64,000 nucleotides of DNA, taken from positions 6,447 to 70,446 of the forward strand of contig JBAYGI010000001.1 of the NCBI GenBank assembly GCA_041666745.1, in the 5' to 3' direction. This document shows positions 17,970 through 27,399 of the stretch, one piece after another. This stretch comes from Candidatus Magasanikiibacteriota bacterium. Lineage in GTDB: Bacteria > Patescibacteriota > Patescibacteriia > Magasanikbacterales > GWA2-37-8. The notes under the pieces were generated by a model. The model was not told the DNA's origin. It ran no database searches and was given only the letters and a program-made list of their open reading frames with translations. The first letter of the stretch is position 1. Each line of letters starts with the position of its first letter. Both the position numbers and the translations under genes were made by a program.

Positions 17970-18521
17970 ATGAATATAAATTCACAATTAGAAACAATTT
18001 TATTCGTGGCAAGCAAACCGTTGTCCTTAAAAAAAATTGTAAAAGTTTTACAAGCCGAAGAACCAATTGTGAAAGAAGCTTTAGCCAGTCTTTGTTTGAA
18101 ATATAATAATCAAGAATCAGGAATCACGATTATTCAAAATAATGATGAATGGCAAATGGCGGCCAATCCCGACAATCATGAATCCGCTGAAAATTTTTTG
18201 AAAGCGGAAGTGAGCGGTGAATTAACCAGACCGCAATTGGAGACTCTCACGGTAGTATCATATTGTGGACCGATTACCAAGCCGGAGTTGGAACAGATTC
18301 GCGGGGTCAATTGTGCTTTGATTTTGCGCAATTTGATGATGCGTGGGTTGGTAAAAGAAGCCGATGACCCATCCGGTTTGTTGCCAAAATATGAAGTGAC
18401 CATGGAATATCTGCGTCATTTGGGAGTGAATAATTTGAACGAATTGCCTGATTATGATAATCTTCATAATCACGAACACATCAGTAGTACTTTGGCGCAA
18501 GCCAGTGAGATTGCATCCTAA
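17970..18521 (+). CDS. scpB: segregation and condensation protein B
   Basis: LETILFVASKPLSLKKIVKVL winged-helix repeats. Confidence 0.85.
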   Translation: MNINSQLETILFVASKPLSLKKIVKVLQAEEPIVKEALASLCLKYNNQESGITIIQNNDEWQMAANPDNHESAENFLKAEVSGELTRPQLETLTVVSYCGPITKPELEQIRGVNCALILRNLMMRGLVKEADDPSGLLPKYEVTMEYLRHLGVNNLNELPDYDNLHNHEHISSTLAQASEIAS

Positions 18522-18532
18522 AGATTTTATTT

Positions 18533-19543
18533 ATGTCTAAAAAACTTTTTGATTTTATTTCCTCTTTTGGCATGATGCTTGTCGGGGTTATTTTGCTTTT
18601 TGTTGGTTCAGTTTCTTATCCGCAAGTTTCTCAGAAAGTTTCTTTTTTGCCAAAGTCAAACCCACGAATCATGATGGTTGGTGGTGATGAGCAACCGACA
18701 GTCTTGCCGATTAGTCACCCAAATGTACCGTTAAAAAAAGATCAAGCGGTTTGTGATATTAAATTAACTGCCGCCGCTTCTATTTTGATGGATGATAAAA
18801 CGGATACTGTTTTGTTTGAACAAAATGCGGATGTTGTTCGACCGCTCGCCAGCATTTCCAAATTGATGTCCGCTTTGGTTTTGCTTGATTTGAATCCTGA
18901 TTGGAACAAAGTCGTAGAAATTACATCGGATATTTATGATAACAATAGCCATTTTGTAAATGTTGGTGAAAAATTTGTCATGAGTGATTTGTGGGATATA
19001 GCTTTGGTGGGTTCTTCCAACAGCGCTATCAATGCTTTGGTGAATGGTAGTGGAATAAAAACAGAAGATTTTGTTATGAAAATGAACGAAAAAGCACAAG
19101 ATTTACGTTTGCGAAGTTTGCATTTTGTTGAGCCGACCGGTATTGATGAACGCAATGTTGGGAGTGCGCGAGACATCGCTCGATTGTTAAAATATGCTTT
19201 GGCTAGTGATAAAATTTTTAATACTTTACAAACACCGGAATATTACGCCAAGCCACTCGGTCAAAAACCACGTCGCATTTGGACTACTGATTGGTTGTTG
19301 TCGAAATGGGTGCCAAATAATTTTGGCGATTTGACGATTGCCGGCAAGACCGGATACATCGATGATTCAAAATATAATTTTGCTGTGCGCATAGAAAATG
19401 GCGGTAAACGGGCTATTCGTACGGTAGTGTTGGGTGCCGACACGATGGAGGCGAGATTTAGTGAAGCGCGGGATTTGGCGATGTGGGCTTTCACTCATTA
19501 TTCTTGGCCTGGGGATAGTGGTTATGAAAAATTAGTTCAGTAA
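18533..19543 (+). CDS. dacA: D-alanyl-D-alanine carboxypeptidase (PBP5-like, peptidase S11)
   Basis: SxxK (ASISK), SxN (SSNSA) and KTG (KTGYI) motifs; N-terminal TM segment. Confidence 0.85.
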   Translation: MSKKLFDFISSFGMMLVGVILLFVGSVSYPQVSQKVSFLPKSNPRIMMVGGDEQPTVLPISHPNVPLKKDQAVCDIKLTAAASILMDDKTDTVLFEQNADVVRPLASISKLMSALVLLDLNPDWNKVVEITSDIYDNNSHFVNVGEKFVMSDLWDIALVGSSNSAINALVNGSGIKTEDFVMKMNEKAQDLRLRSLHFVEPTGIDERNVGSARDIARLLKYALASDKIFNTLQTPEYYAKPLGQKPRRIWTTDWLLSKWVPNNFGDLTIAGKTGYIDDSKYNFAVRIENGGKRAIRTVVLGADTMEARFSEARDLAMWAFTHYSWPGDSGYEKLVQ

Positions 19544-19554
19544 ATAAAAAAAAT

Positions 19555-19582
19555 AATCCCAACTACCTTTGGGATTTTTTTA
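19555..19582 (+). terminator. rho-independent terminator
   Basis: atccca/tgggat stem with a T-run. Confidence 0.6.
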
Positions 19583-19583
19583 T

Positions 19584-19600
19584 TTTTGTGGTATAATATA
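19584..19600 (+). promoter_or_regulatory. extended -10 promoter (TTTTTGTGGTATAATATA) for pgk
   Basis: TGnTATAAT at 19589-19597. The ATG is at 19604, so the leader is at most about 7 nt. Confidence 0.55.
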
Positions 19601-19603
19601 TTT

Positions 19604-20758
19604 ATGAAATTAAAAAGTATCAAAGAGGCAAAACATTTGCTTGGTCAGCGTATTTTGGTACGTGTAGATTTTAATGTTCCGGTAAAAAATGGAAAAGTGG
19701 CGGACAATTGGAAAATTCAAGCCAGTTTACCGACAATAAAATTTTTACTACACAATGGCGCGCGAGTAATTTTGGTCAGTCATTTGGGGCGTCCTACCAA
19801 AAAAGAAAAAAGATTTTCGCTTTTACCGGTAGCCAAAGAACTCGAAAAATTAATTGGCATTAAAGTATTTTTTGGCAGTTTGGAAAATCGTGATGATTGG
19901 GAAGGAGAAAAATTGGTGTTGTTGGAAAATATTCGATTTTATAAAGGTGAAGACACCAACGACTTGAAATTTGTGAAACAACTTTCGCAATTAGCTGATG
20001 TTTTTGTTTTGGATGGTTTTGCGGTGGCGCATCGTGATTGTGCTTCAGTTAGCGGGGTAACAAAATATTTGCCTGCTTATGCCGGCTTGTTGCTGGTTTC
20101 AGAAGTGGAAGGTTTGTCCAAGACAATTTCCAGTCCAAAACAGCCGATGGTTGTGATGTTAGGTGGTTTAAAAATCGAAACCAAATTATTGGTTTTGAAA
20201 AATTTACTACCAAAGGCCGGTAAAATTTTATTGGCCGGGGAGATATTCAATACTTATTTGTGGGCAAAAGGGCATGATGTAGGTATTTCAGTAGTTGATA
20301 AAAAATTAAAAAGCATTGTTTTGAGTTGTTTGAAAAATAAAAAAATAATATTGCCGATTGATGTGGTGGTTGGTACAGAAAAAGGCAAAAACGCCCGCAT
20401 GGTTGCATTGGACAAAAAATTAGTATTAAAAAAAGACGAAGGTATTTTTGATATCGGACCAAAAACCGTTTTATTATTTTCAAAGCATTTAAAAACTGCC
20501 AAAACTTTGATTTGGAATGGGGCGATGGGTAAATTCGAACAACCTCCATACCATCACAGCACCTACGCGTTAGCGCGTTTATTTGCCAGTCGATCCAAGG
20601 GTAAGGCCTTTGGTGTTTGTGGGGGAGGTGAGACTTTGGAGATATTGCGCCATCTCGATTTGTTAAATGATATAGATTTGGTTTCTACCGGCGGTGGAGC
20701 AATGTTGGAATTTTTAAGTGGCAAAAAATTACCGGGTTTAAAAAATTTATTAAAATAA
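19604..20758 (+). CDS. pgk: phosphoglycerate kinase
   Basis: RILVRVDFNVP and the rest of the PGK fold. The ORF-track start at 19586 is a TTG inside the promoter; the ATG at 19604 is preferred. Confidence 0.95.
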   Translation: MKLKSIKEAKHLLGQRILVRVDFNVPVKNGKVADNWKIQASLPTIKFLLHNGARVILVSHLGRPTKKEKRFSLLPVAKELEKLIGIKVFFGSLENRDDWEGEKLVLLENIRFYKGEDTNDLKFVKQLSQLADVFVLDGFAVAHRDCASVSGVTKYLPAYAGLLLVSEVEGLSKTISSPKQPMVVMLGGLKIETKLLVLKNLLPKAGKILLAGEIFNTYLWAKGHDVGISVVDKKLKSIVLSCLKNKKIILPIDVVVGTEKGKNARMVALDKKLVLKKDEGIFDIGPKTVLLFSKHLKTAKTLIWNGAMGKFEQPPYHHSTYALARLFASRSKGKAFGVCGGGETLEILRHLDLLNDIDLVSTGGGAMLEFLSGKKLPGLKNLLK

Positions 20759-20767
20759 TTTAAATAT

Positions 20768-21589
20768 ATGCCTGTCTCAACAAAAACGCCAACTCCCGTT
20801 TCTGCACAAAAAAAAGAGTGCTGTAGTGGACATAGTTGCTTTGGTAAAAAACTTATCAAAACATTAGTAGGTATTTTATTGGTGTATGTTATCGTGTTCA
20901 TGGGAACTGCGATTCGCAATAATGGTAAAAAATATTTTTATATCGGCAAAGCCGATCAGATGGAACGCACTATCGTGGTTTCCGGATATGGCAAAGTAAA
21001 CGGAAACAACGATATTGCTGTGACTACCATTGGATATTCCAATACGGACAAAGATGTAGCCAAAGCTCAATTGGATAATAAAAAGGTAATGGATCAGATC
21101 ATGACAGACTTGAAAGCCTTGAGTGTCGCGGAAAAAGATTTACAAAGTAATTACACGATTTATCCCGACTACAACTACACCCAACAAAAAGGTCAGGAAT
21201 TAATCGGATACAAAGTTACCAATCAGCTCACTATCAAAATTCGAGATCTGAGTAAAATCCCTCAAATTTTGGGACTGGCCGGAAAATACGGAGCGACTGA
21301 GGTCAGTGGTTTGAATTTTACCATTGATGATCCGGAAAATTTAAAAATGGACGCTCGCGCCAAAGCGTTGGCCGATGCCAAATTGAAAGCTCAATACTTA
21401 TCGGAAAAATTGGGTGTACGTTTGGGTTCAGTAGTTTCTTTCAATGAATACGAGGGCACAAATGATGTATATCCGATGAAATCCGCGATTTTTAGCACAG
21501 CCGAAGGTGGTGGCGGTCCGGAATCAGTGTCCAGTGGTAGCAAAGACGTGGTAATGAACGTTAGCGTTACTTACGAAATCATGCCCTAA
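20768..21589 (+). CDS. SIMPL/DUF541-family periplasmic protein
   Basis: N-terminal TM segment. YTIYPDYNY...GYKVTNQLTIKIRDLSKIPQIL pattern. Confidence 0.6.
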   Translation: MPVSTKTPTPVSAQKKECCSGHSCFGKKLIKTLVGILLVYVIVFMGTAIRNNGKKYFYIGKADQMERTIVVSGYGKVNGNNDIAVTTIGYSNTDKDVAKAQLDNKKVMDQIMTDLKALSVAEKDLQSNYTIYPDYNYTQQKGQELIGYKVTNQLTIKIRDLSKIPQILGLAGKYGATEVSGLNFTIDDPENLKMDARAKALADAKLKAQYLSEKLGVRLGSVVSFNEYEGTNDVYPMKSAIFSTAEGGGGPESVSSGSKDVVMNVSVTYEIMP

Positions 21590-21600
21590 ATACGGATTAA

Positions 21601-21629
21601 AAAAAGAGGTGTAAAAAACCTCTTTTTTA
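21601..21629 (+). terminator. rho-independent terminator
   Basis: aagaggt/acctctt stem followed by T6. Confidence 0.7.
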
Positions 21630-21676
21630 ATTTACCTCAGTATGCTATAATTGATAATAAATATTTATTCAATTAT

Positions 21677-22924
21677 ATGAAGATAAAGCAAATTCTCGGG
21701 AGGGAAATTCTTGACTCACGTGGCAATCCAACCGTAGAAGCTAAAGTTGTTTTAGAAAATGGTATTATTGGCGTTGCCAAAGTTCCGTCCGGAGCGTCTA
21801 CCGGTTCGCATGAGGCGCTGGAATTGCGCGATGGTGGAAAACGCTATGGTGGCAAAGGGGTGCTCAAGGCGGTAAAAAACGTCAACACGACTATTGCCAA
21901 AAATTTGACCGGCTTGGAAGTGGAAGATCTAAAAGGTTTGGATAAAAAAATGTTGGATTTGGATGGGACAAAAAATAAAACCAATTTGGGAGCCAATGCG
22001 ATTTTGGCGGTATCGATGGCGGCGGCACGAGCTGGGGCAGATTCAAAAAAATTACCTCTATACAAATACTTGCGCCAAGTTTATGAGATCAAAGAAAAAG
22101 AATATCGCTTACCAGTGCCGATGATGAATATTTTAAATGGCGGTCGTCATGCTGACAACGGTTTGTCTATTCAGGAGTTTATGATTATTCCACGCCACAA
22201 ATTGATGAGCGAACGAGTGCGTATGGGGTCACAGATTTTTCACGCATTGGCGAATATTTTAAGTCAAAAAGGATATGTGACTTCAGTAGGTGATGAAGGT
22301 GGTTTTGCTCCGGAGTTATTAAACAACGAACGCGCGTTGCAGGTTATTATTGAGGCGATTAAATATACCGGTTGGATTCCGGGCAAGCATGTATTTTTGG
22401 GTTTGGACATTGCCGCCTCAGAATTTTTTCATGGTAAAAAATATTATTTTGTTAATAAAAAACAAGGTTGGAGCGCGGACAAAATGATGGACGTTTACAA
22501 ACAGTGGGTTAAAAAATATCCTATTATTTCCATTGAAGATGGATTGTCCGAAGATGATTGGGAAAATTGGCAGAAGTTGACCAAAGAAATTGGCGGTAAA
22601 ACTACGTTGGTTGGTGATGACCTGTTTGTGACCAACACCGAGCGTTTGCAAATGGGAATAAACCAAAAAGTGGGCAACGCCATTTTGATAAAATTAAATC
22701 AAATTGGAACAGTGAGTGAAACAATGTCCGCTATCAAACTCGCTCAACAAAATAACTACAAAGTGGCTGTGTCGCATCGCAGTGGTGAAACCAGTGATAC
22801 TTTTATCGCCGATTTGGCGGTGGCGGTCAATTCGGAATTTATCAAGACCGGATCACTTTCTCGTTCAGAGCGGGTTGAAAAATACAATCGTCTAATGGAA
22901 ATTGAAATAGAATTAGCCGGTTAA
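21677..22924 (+). CDS. eno: enolase
   Basis: REILDSRGNPTVEA and SHRSGETSDTFIADLAV. Confidence 0.95.
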   Translation: MKIKQILGREILDSRGNPTVEAKVVLENGIIGVAKVPSGASTGSHEALELRDGGKRYGGKGVLKAVKNVNTTIAKNLTGLEVEDLKGLDKKMLDLDGTKNKTNLGANAILAVSMAAARAGADSKKLPLYKYLRQVYEIKEKEYRLPVPMMNILNGGRHADNGLSIQEFMIIPRHKLMSERVRMGSQIFHALANILSQKGYVTSVGDEGGFAPELLNNERALQVIIEAIKYTGWIPGKHVFLGLDIAASEFFHGKKYYFVNKKQGWSADKMMDVYKQWVKKYPIISIEDGLSEDDWENWQKLTKEIGGKTTLVGDDLFVTNTERLQMGINQKVGNAILIKLNQIGTVSETMSAIKLAQQNNYKVAVSHRSGETSDTFIADLAVAVNSEFIKTGSLSRSERVEKYNRLMEIEIELAG

Positions 22925-22925
22925 T

Positions 22926-24470
22926 ATGACTGAACACAAAACTACATTATTGGTTATTTTAGATGGTTGGGGCATAGAACAAAAAGAAAATACTCTCAAT
23001 CCAATTGTGCCTGAACACGCCCCAAATTATTTTGATTTTCTAAAAAAATATCCCAATACTCAACTACAAGCCAGTGGTGAAGCGGTCGGCTTGTTTAAAG
23101 GACAAGAAGGAAACAGTGAAGCCGGACATATCAATTTGGGGGCTGGTAGAGTAGTAAAGCAAGATGCTTTGTATATTAGCGACGCGATTGCCAATGGAAC
23201 ATTTTTTAAAAACAACGCTTTTCATCAGGCGTTGCATCATGTCAAAAAATACAATACCGCCGTTCATTTGATGGGATTATTGTCCAACCACAATAGTGCT
23301 CATTCCTGTCCGGAACACTTGTATGCTTTGATAGATTTGTTGCATCGAGAAAAAATTAAAAAAGTTTATTTACATTTATTTACCGATGGGCGTGACTCCG
23401 CTCAACATGATGCGGTGCGTCACTTGGAAAATCTGAGGGAACATCTCAAAGGCAATGAAAAAATAGCCACTGTGATAGGGCGTTTGTTTGCTATGGACAG
23501 GAATAAAAATTGGAAAAGAGTGAAGTATGCTTATGAAGCGCTGATACTTGGCAAAGGTATGACCGCCAACGGGGCAGAAGATGCGCTTCTAAAAGCCTAC
23601 AATCGTGGAGAAACAGATGAGTTTGTGGACCCAACTATAATATTGGAAAAGAAAAAACCGGTGGCTACTATCAAAAATAATGATGCGGTAATATTTTTCA
23701 ATTTGCGCAGTGATCGAGCCCGTGAGTTGACCAAAGCATTGGTTCAACCGGATTTTGAAAAAGTAAACCCGGGCGCTTTCAAACGATCACACATGCCAAA
23801 AAATATTCGGTTTGTCGCGTTGACAGATTTTGGCCCGGATCTTCCCGGTGTTTTGACCGCATATCCAAGTTGTGATGTAAAAAATAGTTTGGTGCAAGTT
23901 TTGTGTCCTAAAAAACAATTGTACGTCGCGGAATCAGAAAAATTTGCCCATGTCACTTATTTTTTTAATGGTGGTTATGCGCAACATTTTTGTGATGAAG
24001 ATTGGGTAAGAACACCAACTCCAACCGCTGAAAATTATGAAAATAAACCGGAAATGAATGCCAAAGGAGTGGGAGATAAAGTGGTAGAGGCTATTAAATC
24101 CGGCAAATACGATTTTATTGTTTGTAATTTTGCCAATGCCGACATGGTGGGGCATACTGGCAATTTCAAAGCCGGTCAAGAAGCAATAAAAGTAGTAGAC
24201 GAACAACTCGGTAGAATAGCCCAAGCTTTGACATCGGCCAAGGGCCAGGGTATAATCACAGCCGATCATGGCAATATCGAAGAAATGATGAATATACGAA
24301 CCGGTGGAGTGGATACGGAGCATTCTTTGAATCCGGTGCCGTGTATTATAATCGGATCAGGAGCCAAACAAATTCACAAATCCGGCAAGCTGGCCGACGT
24401 GGCTCCAACATTATTAAAAATGATGGGAGTGGAAAAACCAAAAGAGATGACCGGTAAATCATTAATATAA
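22926..24470 (+). CDS. gpmI: 2,3-bisphosphoglycerate-independent phosphoglycerate mutase (copy 1)
   Basis: LLVILDGWG, the catalytic-Ser region GNSEAGHINLGAGRV, and ADHGN. Confidence 0.9.
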   Translation: MTEHKTTLLVILDGWGIEQKENTLNPIVPEHAPNYFDFLKKYPNTQLQASGEAVGLFKGQEGNSEAGHINLGAGRVVKQDALYISDAIANGTFFKNNAFHQALHHVKKYNTAVHLMGLLSNHNSAHSCPEHLYALIDLLHREKIKKVYLHLFTDGRDSAQHDAVRHLENLREHLKGNEKIATVIGRLFAMDRNKNWKRVKYAYEALILGKGMTANGAEDALLKAYNRGETDEFVDPTIILEKKKPVATIKNNDAVIFFNLRSDRARELTKALVQPDFEKVNPGAFKRSHMPKNIRFVALTDFGPDLPGVLTAYPSCDVKNSLVQVLCPKKQLYVAESEKFAHVTYFFNGGYAQHFCDEDWVRTPTPTAENYENKPEMNAKGVGDKVVEAIKSGKYDFIVCNFANADMVGHTGNFKAGQEAIKVVDEQLGRIAQALTSAKGQGIITADHGNIEEMMNIRTGGVDTEHSLNPVPCIIIGSGAKQIHKSGKLADVAPTLLKMMGVEKPKEMTGKSLI

Positions 24471-24471
24471 T

Positions 24472-26049
24472 ATGGCTTATAAATTAGTAACGTTAGCAAT
24501 TTTTGATGGTTTGGGTGTGGCACCTGATTCGGATGGCAACGCGGTCACTCGCGCTAAAATGCCAAATTTCAAAAATTATATAAAAAATTATCCGGTCATG
24601 ACGGTGTTTGCTTCCGGAAATGAAGTTGGTTTGTCATTTGGTGAAATGGGTAATTCGGAAGTAGGCCATCTCAACATTGGTGCTGGTCGTGTATATTATC
24701 AGTCTTGTCCGCGTATTAATAACGAAATTGGTAACGGTGAATTTTTTAAGAACACGGCTTTTTTGGGCGCGTTGGAACATATCAAAAAAAATAAATCCAA
24801 TTTGCATTTGATCGGACTGCTGGGTATTGGCAATGTTCATGCCAGCGATAGTCATCTGTATGCCTTGTTGGATTTTTGCGCTCAAAACAAATTAGAAAAA
24901 AATGTATTTGTGCATGGGGTGTTGGATGGACGTGATGCCTTGTACAACTCCGGTAAAAATTTCGTGACTGATTTGTTGGCAAAAATGAAAGTGACGAAAG
25001 TTGGACAGATTGCTTCTTTGTCCGGACGTTTTTATGCTTTGGATCGAGACAACCGCTGGGATCGTTGTGAAAAAGCTTATCAGGCAATGGCGCTGGGAAA
25101 AGCAGATAGAAACAGTGATGATCCGTTGAAAATTATAGATGAATCTTATGAACAAAAAAATTACGATGAAGAATTTGTACCGACAGTGATCACCAAGGGT
25201 GGAAAACCGGTAGCCACTATCAAAGAAAATGACGCGGTAATTTTTTTCAATTTTCGTCCGGATCGAGCGCGTGAGTTGACCAAAGCTTTTGTTTTGCCCG
25301 GGTTTAATAAATTCGAAAGAGAATATATAAAAAATTTATTTTTTGTAACCATGACGGAATTTGAAAAAGATTTGCCAGCCGTAGTGGCTTATCCGCCGAT
25401 TGTGGTGCACAATTCGTTGGCTGAAACGGTGAGCAAAGCCGGTAAAAAACAATTTCATGTGGCCGAAACAGAAAAATACGCGCATATCACTTTCTTTTTA
25501 AACGGGACGGTTGAGGAACCATTTGCGGGAGAAGATAGAATGATTGTTCCTTCACCAAAGGTGTCTTCTTATTCTGAAGCGCCGGAAATGTCGGCAGCTT
25601 TGGTATCCAAAGAAGCAGTGAAAGCAATCGATAGTGGAAAATATGATTTGGTCGCTTTGAATTTTGCCAATGCGGATATGGTTGGTCATACTGGTGATTT
25701 GGCAGCTACCATCAAAGGGTGCGAAGCGGCCGATAAAGCTCTAGGTGAAGTGGTTGAGCACACTTTGGCCAAAGGTGGCGTGGTAGTGATAACCGCTGAC
25801 CATGGCAATGCGGAAGAAGTGATAAATTTACAAACTGGCGCAATGGACAAAGAACATTCCACCAATCCGGTGCCATTGTTGGTTGTTGGCAAAGATTTTG
25901 AAGGACAAGCCGGTCCGGCTGGTGAGCCACCCGAGGGGGATTTGAGTTTGATGCATCCAGTCGGGGTGTTGGCCGATGTAGCGCCGACAGTTTTGAGTCT
26001 GATGGGTGTACCACAACCACCGGAAATGACTGGCGCGGCTTTGATTTAA
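24472..26049 (+). CDS. gpmI: 2,3-bisphosphoglycerate-independent phosphoglycerate mutase (copy 2, tandem paralog)
   Basis: LAIFDGLGV, GNSEVGHLNIGAGRV, TADHGN. Motifs are intact in both copies. Confidence 0.9.
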   Translation: MAYKLVTLAIFDGLGVAPDSDGNAVTRAKMPNFKNYIKNYPVMTVFASGNEVGLSFGEMGNSEVGHLNIGAGRVYYQSCPRINNEIGNGEFFKNTAFLGALEHIKKNKSNLHLIGLLGIGNVHASDSHLYALLDFCAQNKLEKNVFVHGVLDGRDALYNSGKNFVTDLLAKMKVTKVGQIASLSGRFYALDRDNRWDRCEKAYQAMALGKADRNSDDPLKIIDESYEQKNYDEEFVPTVITKGGKPVATIKENDAVIFFNFRPDRARELTKAFVLPGFNKFEREYIKNLFFVTMTEFEKDLPAVVAYPPIVVHNSLAETVSKAGKKQFHVAETEKYAHITFFLNGTVEEPFAGEDRMIVPSPKVSSYSEAPEMSAALVSKEAVKAIDSGKYDLVALNFANADMVGHTGDLAATIKGCEAADKALGEVVEHTLAKGGVVVITADHGNAEEVINLQTGAMDKEHSTNPVPLLVVGKDFEGQAGPAGEPPEGDLSLMHPVGVLADVAPTVLSLMGVPQPPEMTGAALI

Positions 26050-26069
26050 AATTTCAGTTTATTAAAAAT

Positions 26070-26108
26070 AAAAAAAATCCCTGATTAATTTAGTTCAGGG
26101 ATTTTTTT
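26070..26108. terminator. bidirectional terminator between convergent genes
   Basis: atccctga/tcagggat stem flanked by A- and T-runs. It overlaps the last codons of the minus-strand gene. Confidence 0.7.
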
Positions 26109-27238
26109 ATTTCTTCAGTAATTATTTTTTCGGCATCCATCAACGTGGTGTTTTCTATAGAAATTTTTGATTGCTCGATGGTACCGCTAGGATTGTGTGG
26201 TTTGAATAATAGGCGAGTGTCATGTCCTTTTTTGGAATGTAAAATACCATTGACAATTTTTTGTCCGGAAGAATTTTCTGTTTCGTAAAGTATTAATATT
26301 AAATCGATTTCCGGTGAATTTCCGATTAATTCAGAAATAATATCTCGCAAACTTTCTTCGGTAGTACCACAGTTGATAAAATCATCTTTGGTAATAGTTG
26401 TCCAGGCGAAATGTTTTTCCGGATCAATTTTTAATTTAGACAAAGCTGTTCCCCAAAGTTTTAGTGTGGACAAACTGCGGGTGCGATATAAATTTTGAAT
26501 AATTTTTTCTCGATTGGCGCCGTGATTGATCAACTCGCTCGCGGCTTGTAAAGTGAACGGAGTAACGTTGGTGGTTTTAAAACTATGAGTGGCCGAAATC
26601 ATGCCGGTCAAAATTGCGGTAGCGCTGTTTTCTTCCGAATATCTTTCCCAAAGTTGTTTGCTTAGTTTGTAAATTATTTCACCAATGGAAGTAGCGTTGA
26701 GATCCACATAATTTATTTGTCCATAGCGTTCATTGGTGGCGTGAAAATCAATATTAATAATATTAGTGCGATAAAATAAATCGGTGTTGTTCAAAAATAT
26801 TGATCCCAAACTTTCCAAGTCAGATGTTCCGAGAGTGATGATCAGATCATACTTGTAAGCGGATTGAGCGGTGCGTAATTCGTCCTTGGTGAGCAAACCA
26901 TTTTTGGGAGTTAAATAAATAGAGAGCCAATTGTCTTTGACATCATAGCTTAGACTTTCTATTTTGGCGTGAGATACGTCAACTTTGATTATTAATTTTT
27001 GTAAATGTTCCAGTTCAGATTTGATGTTTTTTAGCCCAGTCAAAAAGCTAAGGTTTTTTGCCGGTAAAAAATTTGGACAAGCAATATCTACAGATTTGTG
27101 ACTTTTTTCCAAAAAAGAAAACAAAGCCAAAGCAGAGGCAGTGGCATCAGTGTTTTCGTGGTTGTTGAAAACGATCAGTACATGTCGACTATTTTCAATT
27201 TCCTGTTTGATTTGTTGGATTTCGTTTAACATAGGCAA
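26090..27238 (-). CDS. DHH/DHHA1-family phosphoesterase (NrnA-like) with degenerate catalytic motifs
   Basis: Aligns to NrnA architecture. The DHH motif reads DFH (NIDFHATNERYG) and GGGH reads KKGH. Start is TTG at 27238 or ATG at 27232. Confidence 0.65.
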   Translation of the reverse strand: MPMLNEIQQIKQEIENSRHVLIVFNNHENTDATASALALFSFLEKSHKSVDIACPNFLPAKNLSFLTGLKNIKSELEHLQKLIIKVDVSHAKIESLSYDVKDNWLSIYLTPKNGLLTKDELRTAQSAYKYDLIITLGTSDLESLGSIFLNNTDLFYRTNIINIDFHATNERYGQINYVDLNATSIGEIIYKLSKQLWERYSEENSATAILTGMISATHSFKTTNVTPFTLQAASELINHGANREKIIQNLYRTRSLSTLKLWGTALSKLKIDPEKHFAWTTITKDDFINCGTTEESLRDIISELIGNSPEIDLILILYETENSSGQKIVNGILHSKKGHDTRLLFKPHNPSGTIEQSKISIENTTLMDAEKIITEEIKKSLN

Positions 27239-27399
27239 TGGGTGATTTTACCAGTAAAATGGAGGGCTGTCAAGGGAGTTGGGCAGATTTTTGTTAATAA
27301 AATTTGACATAAATAACGTGGTAGTTTAGCTATTGAGAGGGGCCCCTCTGTCGACTAGGTTAACAACAAGTTTGTTAGTCGTGCTCACAGGAGGATTCC

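Noticed and set aside
19586-19603. ORF-track TTG starts at 19586 (pgk), 36129 (kinase), 45739 and 61187
   Set aside because: The TTGs fall inside promoter or upstream sequence. A downstream ATG gives a canonical N-terminus in each case.
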